This document shows positions 23,801-34,822 of a stretch of 34,822 nucleotides of DNA, one piece after another. Under the pieces are notes generated by a model that did no database searches, was not told the DNA's origin, and worked only from the letters and a program-made list of their open reading frames with translations. How positions within the stretch are numbered: position 1 is the stretch's first letter; the number at the start of each line of letters is the position of its first letter. A program made the translations under genes and the position numbers. This DNA is from Raillietiella orientalis (lineage: Eukaryota), in the NCBI GenBank assembly GCA_036172245.1, contig JAYWIR010000190.1, positions 1 to 34,822 of the forward strand, read 5' to 3'.

Positions 23801-26800
23801 GTATGTATAGCTATCCATGACACGAATTTGCCGCTCGCTGCAAATGGACGCTTCGGGGAAGGGCGCAAAAGTGCAAAGGTGTCATCTGCTGATTTCGAAT
23901 TGATTACAAACCCTGAAACGTCCAAATTCGGTCCACATATTGATTCAAAGAGAAGCAAAACATACCCTTTCTAATTACGACACTGGTAACCATGAAAACG
24001 AAACAGAGTACAGAGTGCCCCACCCTAAGGAAAGGACGCATTCTTCTCAATGTTCTTCTGATCCCAGTCAAATGTACGTATGTCCGGCTATCCATGACAC
24101 GAATTTGCCGCTCGCTGCAAATGGTCGCTTCAGGGAGAGGCGCAAAAGTGCAAAGGTGTCATCTGCTTATTTCGAATTGATAACAAACCCTTAAATGTCC
24201 AAATTCGGTTCACATAATGATTCAAAGAGAAGGAAAACATTCCATTTCTAATTCCTACACTGGTAACCATGAAAACGAAACAGAGTCCAAAGTGCCTCAC
24301 CCTATGGAAAGGATGCACTCCTCTTAATGTTCTTCTGAACCCAGTCAAATGTACGTATGTGCAGGTATCCATGACACGAATTTGCCGCTCGCTGCAAATG
24401 GACGCTTCGGGGAGAGGCGCAAAAGTGCAAAGGTGTCATCTGCTGATTTCGAATTGATTACAAACCCTGAAACTTCCAAATTCGGTCCACATAATGATTC
24501 AAAGAGAAGGAAAACATTCCATTTCTAATTACGACACTGGTAACCATGAAAACGAAACAGAGTCCAAAGTACCCCACCCTAAGGAAAGGACGCACTCCTA
24601 TCAATGTTCTTCTGAACCCAGTCAAATGTACGTATGTGCAGCTATCCATGACACGAATTTGCCGCACGCTGCAAATGAACGCTTCGGGGAGAGGCGCAAA
24701 AGTGCAAAGGTGTCATCTGCTGATTTCGAATTGATTACAAACCCTGAAACTTCCAAATTCGGTCCACATAATGATTCAAAGAGAAGGAAAACATTCCATT
24801 TCTAATTACGACACTGGTAACCATGAAAACGAAACAGAGTCCAAAGTACCCCACCCTAAGGAAAGGACGCACCCCTATCAATGTTCTTCTGAACCCAGTC
24901 AAATGTACGTATGTGCAGCTATCCATGACACGAATTTGCCGCACGCTGCAAATGAACGCTTCGGGGAGAGGCGCAAAAGTGCAAAGGTGTCATCTGCTGA
25001 TTTCGAATTGATTACAAACCCTGAAACTTCCAAATTCGGTCCACATAATGATTCAAAGAGAAGGAAAACATTCCATTTCTAATTACGACACTGGTAACCA
25101 TGAAAACGAAACAGAGTCCAAAGTACCCCACCCTAAGGAAAGGACGCACCCCTATCAATGTTCTTCTGAACCCAGTCAAATGTACGTATGTGCAGCTATC
25201 CATGACACGAATTTGCCGCACGCTGCAAATGAACGCTTCGGGGAGAGGCGCAAAAGTTCAAAGGTGTCATCTGCTGATTTCGAATTGATTACAAACCCTG
25301 AAACGTCCAAATTCGGTCCACATAATGATTCAAAGAGAAGGAAAACATTCCATTTCTAATTCCGACACTGGTAACCATGAAAACGAAACAGAGTCCACAG
25401 TGCCCCACCCTAAGGAAAGGACGCACTCCTCTCAATGTACTTCTGGACCCAGTCAAATGAACGTATGTGCAGCAATCCATGACGCGAATTTACCGCAGGC
25501 TGCAAATAGACGCTTCGGAGAGAGGCGCAAAAGTGCAAAGGTGTCATCTGCTTATATCGAATTGATTACAAACCCGTAAACGTCCAAATTCGGTCCACAT
25601 AATGAATCACAGAGAAGGAAAACATTCCATTTCTAATTCCCACACTGGTAACCATGAAAACGAAACAGAGTCAAAAGTGCCCCACTCTAAGGAAAGGACG
25701 CACTCCTATCAATGTACTTCTGAACCCAGTCAAATGTACGTATGTGCAGCTATCCATGACACGAATTTCCCGGTCGCTGCAAATGGACGCTTCGGAGAGA
25801 GGCGCAAAAGTGCAAAGGTGTCATCTGCTGATTTCGAATTGATTACAAACCCTGAAACGTCCAAATTCGGTCCACATAATGATTCAAAGAGAAGGAAAAC
25901 ATTCCATTTCTAATTACGACACTGGTAACCATGAAAACGAAACAGAGTTCAAAGTGCCCCACCCTATGGAAAGGACGCACTTTTCTCAATGTTCTTCTGA
26001 ACCCAGTCAAATGTACGTGTGTGCAGCTTTCCATGACACGAATTTGCCGCTCGCTGCAAATGGACGCTTCGGAGAGAGGCGCAAAAGTGCAAAGGTGTCA
26101 TCTGCTGATTTCGAATTGATTACAAACCTTTAAACGTCCAAATTCGGTCCACATAATGAATCACAGAGAAGGAAAACATTCCATTTCTAATTCCGACACT
26201 GGTAACCATAAAAACGAAACAGAGTCCAAAGTACCCCATTCTAAGGAAAGGACGCAGTCCTCTCAATGATCTTCTGAACCCAGTCAAATGTACGTATGTG
26301 CAGCTATCCATGACACGAAGTTGCCGCTCGCTGCAAATGGACGCTTCGGAGAGAGGCGCAAAAGTGCAAAGGTGTCATCTGCTTATTTCGAATTGATTAC
26401 AAACCCTGAAACGTCCAAATTCGGTCCACATATTGATTCAAAGAGAAGTAAAACATACCCTTTCTAATTACGACACTGGTAACCATGAAAACGAAACAGA
26501 GTTAAAGTGCCCCATCCTATGGAAAGGACGCACTTTTCTCAATGTTCTTCTGAACCCAGTCAAATGTACGTGTGTGCAGCTTTCCATGACACGAATTTGC
26601 CGGTCGCTGCAAATGGACGCTTCGGAGAGAGGCGCAAAAGTGCAAAGGTGTCATCTGCTGATTTCGAATTGATTACAAACCCTGAAACTTCCAAATTCGG
26701 TCCACATAATGATTCAAAGAGAAGGAAAACATTCCATTTCTAATTACGACACTGGTAACCATGAAAACGAAACAGAGTCCAAAGTACCCCACCCTAAGGA

Positions 26801-27349
26801 AAGGACACACCCCTATCAATGTTCTTCTGAACCCAGTCAAATGTACGTATGTGCAGCTATCCATGACACGAATTTGCCGCTCGCTGCAAATGGACGCTTC
26901 GGGGAGAGGCGCAAAAGTGCAAAGGTGTCATCTGCTGATTTCGAATTGATTACAAATCCCGAAACGTACAAATTCGGTCCACATAATGAATCACAGAGTA
27001 GGAAAACATTCCATTTCTAATTCCCACACTGGTAACCATAAAAACGAAACAGAGTTAAAGTGCCCCACCCTATGGAAAGGACGCACTTTTCTCAATGTTC
27101 TTCTGAACCCAGTCAAATGTACGTATGTGCAGCTATCCATGACACGAATTTGCCGCTCGCTGCAAATGGACGCTTCGGGGAGAGGCGCAAAAGTGCAAAG
27201 GTGTCATCTGCTGATTTCGAATTGATTACAAACCCTGAAACGTCCAAATTCGGTCCACATATTGATTCAAAGAGAAGTAAAACATACCCTTTCTAATTAC
27301 GACACTGGTAACCATGAAAACGAAACAGAGTTAAAGTGCCCCATCCTAT

Positions 27350-29293
27350 GGAAAGGACGCACTTTTCTCAATGTTCTTCTGAACCCAGTCAAATGTACGT
27401 GTGTGCAGCTTTCCATGACACGAATTTGCCGGTCGCTGCAAATGGACGCTTCGGAGAGAGGCGCAAAAGTGCAAAGGTGTCATCTGCTGATTTCGAATTG
27501 ATTACAAACCCTGAAACTTCCAAATTCGGTCCACATAATGATTCAAAGAGAAGGAAAACATTCCATTTCTAATTACGACACTGGTAACCATGAAAACGAA
27601 ACAGAGTCCAAAGTACCCCACCCTAAGGAAAGGACGCACCCCTATAAATGTTCTTCTGAACCCAGTCAAATGTACGTATGTGCAGCTATCCATGACACGA
27701 ATTTGCCGCTCGCTGCAAATGGACGCTTCGGGGAGAGGCGCAAAAGTGCAAAGGTGTCATCTGCTTATTTCGAATTGATTACAAACCATGAAACGTCCAA
27801 ATTCGGTCCACATAATGATTCAAAGAGAAGGAAAACATTCCCTTTCTAATTACGACACTGGTAACCATGAAAACGACACAGAGTTAAAGTGCCCCAACCT
27901 ATGGAAAGGACGCACTTTTCTCAATGTTCTTCTGAACCCAGTCAAATGTACGTATGTGCAGCTATCCATGACACGAATTTGCCGCTCGCTGCAAATGGAC
28001 GCTTCGGGGAGAGGCGCAAAAGTGCATAGGTGTCATATGCTTATTTCGAATTGATTACAAACCTTTAAACGTCCAAATTCGGTCCACATAATGAATCACA
28101 GAGAAGGAAAACATTCCATTTCTAATTCCGACACTGGTAACCATGGAAACGAAACAGAGTTAAAGTGCCCCACCCTATGGAAAGGACGCACTCTTCTCAA
28201 TGTTCTTCTGAACCCAGTCAAATGTACGTGTGTGCAGCTTTCCATGACACGAATTTGCCGCTCGCTGCAAATGGACGCTTCGGAGAGAGGCGCAAAAGTG
28301 CAAAGGTGTCATCTGCTGATTTCGAATTGATTACAAACCTTTAAACGTCCATATTCGGTCCACATAATGAATCACAGAGAAGGAAAACATTCCATTTCTA
28401 ATTCCGACACTGGTAACCATGGAAACGAAACAGAGTCCAAAGTACCCCATTCTAAGGAAAGGACGCAGTCCTCTCAATGATCTTCTGAACCCAGTCAAAT
28501 GTACGTATGTGCAGCTATCCATGACACGAAGTTGCCGCTCGCTGCAAATGGACGCTTCGGAGAGAGGCGCAAAAGTGCAAAGGTGTCATCTGCTTATTTC
28601 GAATTGATTACAAACCCTGAAAGGTCCAAATTCGGTCCACATAATGAATCACAGAGAAAAAAAACATTCCATTTCTAATTCCCACAATGGTAACCATGAA
28701 AACGAAACAGAGTACAAAGTGCCTTACCCTAAGGAAAGGACGCATTCCTCTCAATGTTCTTCTGAACCCAGTCAAATGTACGTATGTCCGGCTATCCATG
28801 ACACGAATTTGCCGCTCGCTGCAAATGGTCGCTTCAGGGAGAGGCGCAAAAGTGCAAAGGTGTCATCTGCTTATTTTGAATTGATTACAAACCCTTAAAC
28901 GTCCAAATTCGGTCCACATAATGATTCAAAGAGAAGGAAAACATTCCATTTCTAATTCCTACACTGGTAACCATGAAAACGAAACAGAGTCCAAAGTGCC
29001 CCACCCTAAGGAAAGGACGCACTCCTCTTAATGTTCTTCTGAACCCAGTCAAATGTACGTATGTGCAGGTATCCATGACGCGAATTTGCCGCTCGCTGTA
29101 AATGGACGCTTCGGGGAGAGGCGCAAAAGTGCAAAGGTGTCATCTGCTGATTTCGAATTGATTACAAACCCTGAAACGTCCAAATTCGGTCCACATATTG
29201 ATTCAAAGAGAAGTAAAACATACCCTTTCTAATTACGACACTGGTAACCATGAAAACGAAACAGAGTTAAAGTGCCCCATCCTATGGAAAGGA
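27350..29293. repeat. ~7-monomer block duplicated 5529 bp (20 monomers) downstream, copy 1
   Basis: Private variants CCTATAAATG, AACGACACAG, GTGCATAGGTGTCATATGC, CCACAATGG (28682/34211), TATTTTGAA and CGCTGTAAAT occur only here and at +5529. Confidence 0.92.
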
Positions 29294-32200
29294 CGCACTT
29301 TTCTCAATGTTCTTCTGAACCCAGTCAAATGTACGTGTGTGCAGCTTTCCATGACACGAATTTGCCGGTCGCTGCAAATGGACGCTTCGGAGAGAGGCGC
29401 AAAAGTGCAAAGGTGTCATCTGCTGATTTCGAATTGATTACAAACCCTGAAACTTCCAAATTCGGTCCACATAATGATTCAAAGAGAAGGAAAACATTCC
29501 ATTTCTAATTACGACACTGGTAACCATGAAAACGAAACAGAGTCCAAAGTACCCCACCCTATGGAAAGGACGCACTCCTATCAATGTTCTTCTGAACCCA
29601 GTCAAATGTACGTATGTGCAGCTATCCATGACACGAATTTGCCGCTCGCTGCAAATGGACGCTTCGGGGAGAGGCGCAAAAGTGCAAAGGTGTCATCTGC
29701 TTATTTCGAATTGATTACAAACCATGAAACGTCCAAATTCGGTCCACATAATGATTCAAAGAGAAGGAAAACATTCCCTTTCTAATTACGACACTGGTAA
29801 CCATGAAAACGAAACAGAGTTAAAGTGCCCCACCCTATGGAAAGGACGCACTTTTCTCAATGTTCTTCTGAACCCAGTCAAATGTACGTATGTGCAGCTA
29901 TCCATGACACGAATTTGCCGCTCGCTGCAAATGGACGCTTCGGGGAGAGGCGCAAAAGTGCAAAGGTGTCATCTGCTGATTTCGAATTGATTACAAATCT
30001 CGAAACGTACAAATTCGGTCCACATAATGAATCACAGAGTAGGAAAACATTCCATTTCTAATTCCCACACTGGTAACCATAAAAACGAAACAGAGTTAAA
30101 GTGCCCCACCCTATGGAAAGGACGCACTTTTCTCAATGTTCTTCTCAACCCAGTCAAATGTACGTATGTGCAGGTATCCATGACACGAATTTGCCGCTCG
30201 CTGCAAATGGACGCTTCGGGGAGAGGCGCAAAAGTGCAAAGGTGTCATCTGCTGATTTCGAATTGATTACAAATCCCGAAACGTACAAATTCGGTCCACA
30301 TATTGATTCAAAGAGAAGTAAAACATACCCTTTCTAATTACGACACTGGTAACCATGAAAACGAAACAGAGTTAAAGTGCCCCATCCTATGTAAAGGACG
30401 CACTTTTCTCAATGTTCTTCTGAACCCAGTCAAATGTACGTGTGTGCAGCTTTCCATGACACGAATTTCCCGGTCGCTGCAAATGGACGCTTCGGAGAGA
30501 GGCGCAAAAGTGCAAAGGTGTCATCTGCTGATTTCGAATTGATTACAAACCCTGAAACTTCAAAATTCGGTCCACATAATGATTCAAAGAGAAGGAAAAC
30601 ATTCCATTTCTAATTACGACACTGGTAACCATGAAAACGAAACAGAGTTAAAGTGCCCCATCCTATGGAAAGGACGCACTTTTCTCAATGTTCTTCTGAA
30701 CCCAGTCAAATGTACGTGTGTGCAGCTTTCCATGACACGAATTTGCCGCTCGCTGCAAATGGACGCTTCGGAGAGAGGCGCAAAAGTGCAAAGGTGTCAT
30801 CTGCTGATTTCGAATTGATTACAAACCTTTAAACGTCCAAATTCGGTCCACATAATGAATCACAGAGAAGGAAAACATTCCATTTCTAATTCCGACACTG
30901 GTAACCATGGAAACGAAACAGAGTCCAAAGTACCCTACCCTAAGGAAAGGACGCACTCCTCTCAATGATCTTCTGAACCCAGTCAAATGTACGTATGTGC
31001 AGCTATCCATGACACGAATTTGCCGCTCGCTGCAAATGGACGCTTCGGGGAGAGGCGCAAAAGTGCCAAGGTGTCATCTGCTTATTTCGAATTGATTACA
31101 AACCTTTAAACGTCCAAATTCGGTCCACATAATGAATCACAGAGAAGGAAAACATTCCATTTCTAATTCCGACACTGGTAACCATGGAAACGAAACAGAG
31201 TCCAAAGTACCCCATTCTAAGGAAAGGACGCAGTCCTCTCAATGATCTTCTGAACCCAGTCAAATGTACGTATGTGCAGCTATCCATGACACGAAGTTGC
31301 CGCTCGCTGCAAATGGACGCTTCGGAGAGAGGCGCAAAAGTGCAAAGGTGTCATCTGCTTATTTCGAATTGATTACAAACCCTGAAAGGTCCAAATTCGG
31401 TCCACATAATGAATCACAGAGAAAAAAAACATTCCATTTCTAATTCCCACACTGGTAACCATGAAAACGAAACAGAGTGCAAAGTGCCCCACCCTAAGGA
31501 AAGGACGCATTCCTCTCAATGTTCTTCTGAACCCAGTCAAATGTACGTATGTGCAGGTATCCATGACGCGAATTTGCCGCTCGCTGCAAATGGACGCTTC
31601 GGGGAGAGGCGCAAAAGTGCAAAGGTGTCATCTGCTGATTTCGAATTGATTACAAACCCTGAAACGTCCAAATTCGGTCCACATATTGATTCAAAGAGAA
31701 GTAAAACATACCCTTTCTAATTACGACCCTGGTAACCATGAAAACGAAACAGAGTTAAAGTGCCCCATCCTATGGAAAGGACGCACTTTTCTCAATGTTC
31801 TTCTGAACCCAGTCAAATGTACGTGTGTGCAGCTTTCCATGACACGAATTTGCCGGTCGCTGCAAATGGACGCTTCGGAGAGAGGCGCAAAAGTGCAAAG
31901 GTGTCATCTGCTGATTTCGAATTGATTACAAACCCTGAAACTTCCAAATTCGGTCCACATAATGATTCAAAGAGAAGGAAAACATTCCATTTCTAATTAC
32001 GACACTGGTAACCATGAAAACGAAACAGAGTCCAAAGTACCCCACCCTAAGGAAAGGACACACCCCTATCAATGTTCTTCTGAACCCAGTCAAATGTACG
32101 TATGTGCAGCTATCCATGACACGAATTTGCCGCTCGCTGCAAATGGACGCTTCGGGGAGAGGCGCAAAAGTGCAAAGGTGTCATCTGCTGATTTCGAATT

Positions 32201-32878
32201 GATTACAAATCTCGAAACGTACAAATTCGGTCCACATAATGAATCACAGAGTAGGAAAACATTCCATTTCTAATTCCCACACTGGTAACCATAAAAACGA
32301 AACAGAGTTAAAGTGCCCCACCCTATGGAAAGGACGCACTTTTCTCAATGTTCTTCTCAACCCAGTCAAATGTACGTATGTGCAGGTATCCATGACACGA
32401 ATTTGCCGCTCGCTGCAAATGGACGCTTCGGGGAGAGGCGCAAAAGTGCAAAGGTGTCATCTGCTGATTTCGAATTGATTACAAATCCCGAAACGTACAA
32501 ATTCGGTCCACATATTGATTCAAAGAGAAGTAAAACATACCCTTTCTAATTACGACACTGGTAACCATGAAAACGAAACAGAGTTAAAGTGCCCCATCCT
32601 ATGTAAAGGACGCACTTTTCTCAATGTTCTTCTGAACCCAGTCAAATGTACGTGTGTGCAGCTTTCCATGACACGAATTTGCCGGTCGCTGCAAATGGAC
32701 GCTTCGGAGAGAGGCGCAAAAGTGCAAAGGTGTCATCTGCTGATTTCGAATTGATTACAAACCCTGAAACGTCCAAATTCGGTCCACATATTGATTCAAA
32801 GAGAAGGAAAACATACCCTTTCTAATTACGACACTGGTAACCATGAAAACGAAACAGAGTTAAAGTGCCCCACCCTAT

Positions 32879-34822
32879 GGAAAGGACGCACTTTTCTCAA
32901 TGTTCTTCTGAACCCAGTCAAATGTACGTGTGTGCAGCTTTCCATGACACGAATTTGCCGGTCGCTGCAAATGGACGCTTCGGAGAGAGGCGCAAAAGTG
33001 CAAAGGTGTCATCTGCTGATTTCGAATTGATTACAAACCCTGAAACTTCCAAATTCGGTCCACATAATGATTCAAAGAGAAGGAAAACATTCCATTTCTA
33101 ATTACGACACTGGTAACCATGAAAATGAAACAGAGTCCAAAGTACCCCACCCTAAGGAAAGGACGCACCCCTATAAATGTTCTTCTGAACCCAGTCAAAT
33201 GTACGTATGTGCAGCTATCCATGACACGAATTTGCCGCTCGCTGCAAATGGACGCTTCGGGGAGAGGCGCAAAAGTGCAAAGGTGTCATCTGCTTATTTC
33301 GAATTGATTACAAACCATGAAACGTCCAAATTCGGTCCACATAATGATTCAAAGAGAAGGAAAACATTCCCTTTCTAATTACGACACTGGTAACCATGAA
33401 AACGACACAGAGTTAAAGTGCCCCAACCTATGGAAAGGACGCACTTTTCTCAATGTTCTTCTGAACCCAGTCAAATGTACGTATGTGCAGCTATCCATGA
33501 CACGAATTTGCCGCTCGCTGCAAATGGACGCTTCGGGGAGAGGCGCAAAAGTGCATAGGTGTCATATGCTTATTTCGAATTGATTACAAACCTTTAAACG
33601 TCCAAATTCGGTCCACATAATGAATCACAGAGAAGGAAAACATTCCATTTCTAATTCCGACACTGGTAACCATGGAAACGAAACAGAGTTAAAGTGCCCC
33701 ACCCTATGGAAAGGACGCACTCTTCTCAATATTCTTCTGAACCCAGTCAAATGTACGTGTGTGCAGCTTTCCATGACACGAATTTGCCGCTCGCTGCAAG
33801 TGGACGCTTCGGAGAGAGGCGCAAAAGTGCAAAGGTGTCATCTGCTGATTTCGAATTGATTACAAACCTTTAAACGTCCATATTCGGTCCACATAATGAA
33901 TCACAGAGAAGGAAAACATTCCATTTCTAATTCCGACACTGGTAACCATGGAAACGAAACAGAGTCCAAAGTACCCCATTCTAAGGAAAGGACGCAGTCC
34001 TCTCAATGATCTTCTGAACCCAGTCAAATGTACGTATGTGCAGCTATCCATGACACGAAGTTGCCGCTCGCTGCAAATGGACGCTTCGGAGAGAGGCGCA
34101 AAAGTGCAAAGGTGTCATCTGCTTATTTCGAATTGATTACAAACCCTGAAAGGTCCAAATTCGGTCCACATAATGAATCACAGAGAAAAAAAACATTCCA
34201 TTTCTAATTCCCACAATGGTAACCATGAAAACGAAACAGAGTACAAAGTGCCTTACCCTAAGGAAAGGACGCATTCCTCTCAATGTTCTTCTGAACCCAG
34301 TCAAATGTACGTATGTCCGGCTATCCATGACACGAATTTGCCGCTCGCTGCAAATGGTCGCTTCAGGGAGAGGCGCAAAAGTGCAAAGGTGTCATCTGCT
34401 TATTTTGAATTGATTACAAACCCTTAAACGTCCAAATTCGGTCCACATAATGATTCAAAGAGAAGGAAAACATTCCATTTCTAATTCCTACACTGGTAAC
34501 CATGAAAACGAAACAGAGTCCAAAGTGCCCCACCCTAAGGAAAGGACGCACTCCTCTTAATGTTCTTCTGAACCCAGTCAAATGTACGTATGTGCAGGTA
34601 TCCATGACGCGAATTTGCCGCTCGCTGTAAATGGACGCTTCGGGGAGAGGCGCAAAAGTGCAAAGGTGTCATCTGCTGATTTCGAATTGATTACAAACCC
34701 TGAAACGTCCAAATTCGGTCCACATATTGATTCAAAGAGAAGTAAAACATACCCTTTCTAATTACGACACTGGTAACCATGAAAACGAAACAGAGTTAAA
34801 GTGCCCCATCCTATGGAAAGGA
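32879..34822. repeat. ~7-monomer duplicated block, copy 2 (runs off the window end)
   Basis: Same private variants in the same order as 27350-29293. ORF-track twins are 27788/33317, 28419/33948 and 28687/34216. Confidence 0.92.

Larger units (their letters stand above)
1355..34822. repeat. Tandem satellite DNA array, 276-277 bp monomer, ~121 copies, all in the same orientation, truncated by the window end
   Basis: Near-invariant blocks (e.g. CCCAGTCAAATGTACG, GGCGCAAAAGTGCAAAGGTGTCATCTGC, ACTGGTAACCATG) recur almost always every 276-277 bp. Equivalent positions are 1524, 1800, 2076, 2353, 2630 ... 34173, 34450, 34727. Hand count of 2941-3217: A90 T64 C68 G55. No non-satellite insertion or inversion was seen. 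Confidence 0.99.

Noticed and set aside
1524..34605. Recurrent 60-108 aa ORFs (MKTKQSPKCP..., MIQREGKH..., MDSCTYVH...) as a tandem gene family
   Set aside because: They occur in overlapping frames on both strands. The common 1-bp indel swaps frames freely, nonsense variants occur, and there is no recognisable domain. They are by-products of the repeat.
1355..34822. CRISPR array
   Set aside because: There are no unique spacers; the whole 277-bp unit repeats, and no cas genes are present.

Overview
About 96% of the window (1355-34822) is one uninterrupted head-to-tail satellite DNA array of about 121 monomers of 276-277 bp. One monomer counted by hand is ~44% GC, A-rich on the + strand and not CpG-depleted. 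It looks eukaryotic and possibly (peri)centromeric, but I cannot name the family or organism. The monomers fall into recognisable variant types arranged in nested higher-order repeats: a recurring 4-monomer core, an 11-12-mer (3046/3323 bp), a 28-29-mer tandem duplication (7753/8030 bp), and a separate right-hand domain with a 5529-bp-offset duplication. Chimeric monomers record recombination between types. The left edge is not a clean junction. A heavily decayed, CpG-free monomer sits in register at ~1155-1354, and the GC-rich 1-1065 flank carries faint, partly collinear satellite-like motifs, reflecting either ancient decay or a read/assembly artefact. No credible protein-coding gene, RNA gene, CRISPR array or mobile element could be supported. 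The many short ORFs are by-products of the repeat. I found no evidence for a new gene system; the interest lies in satellite architecture.
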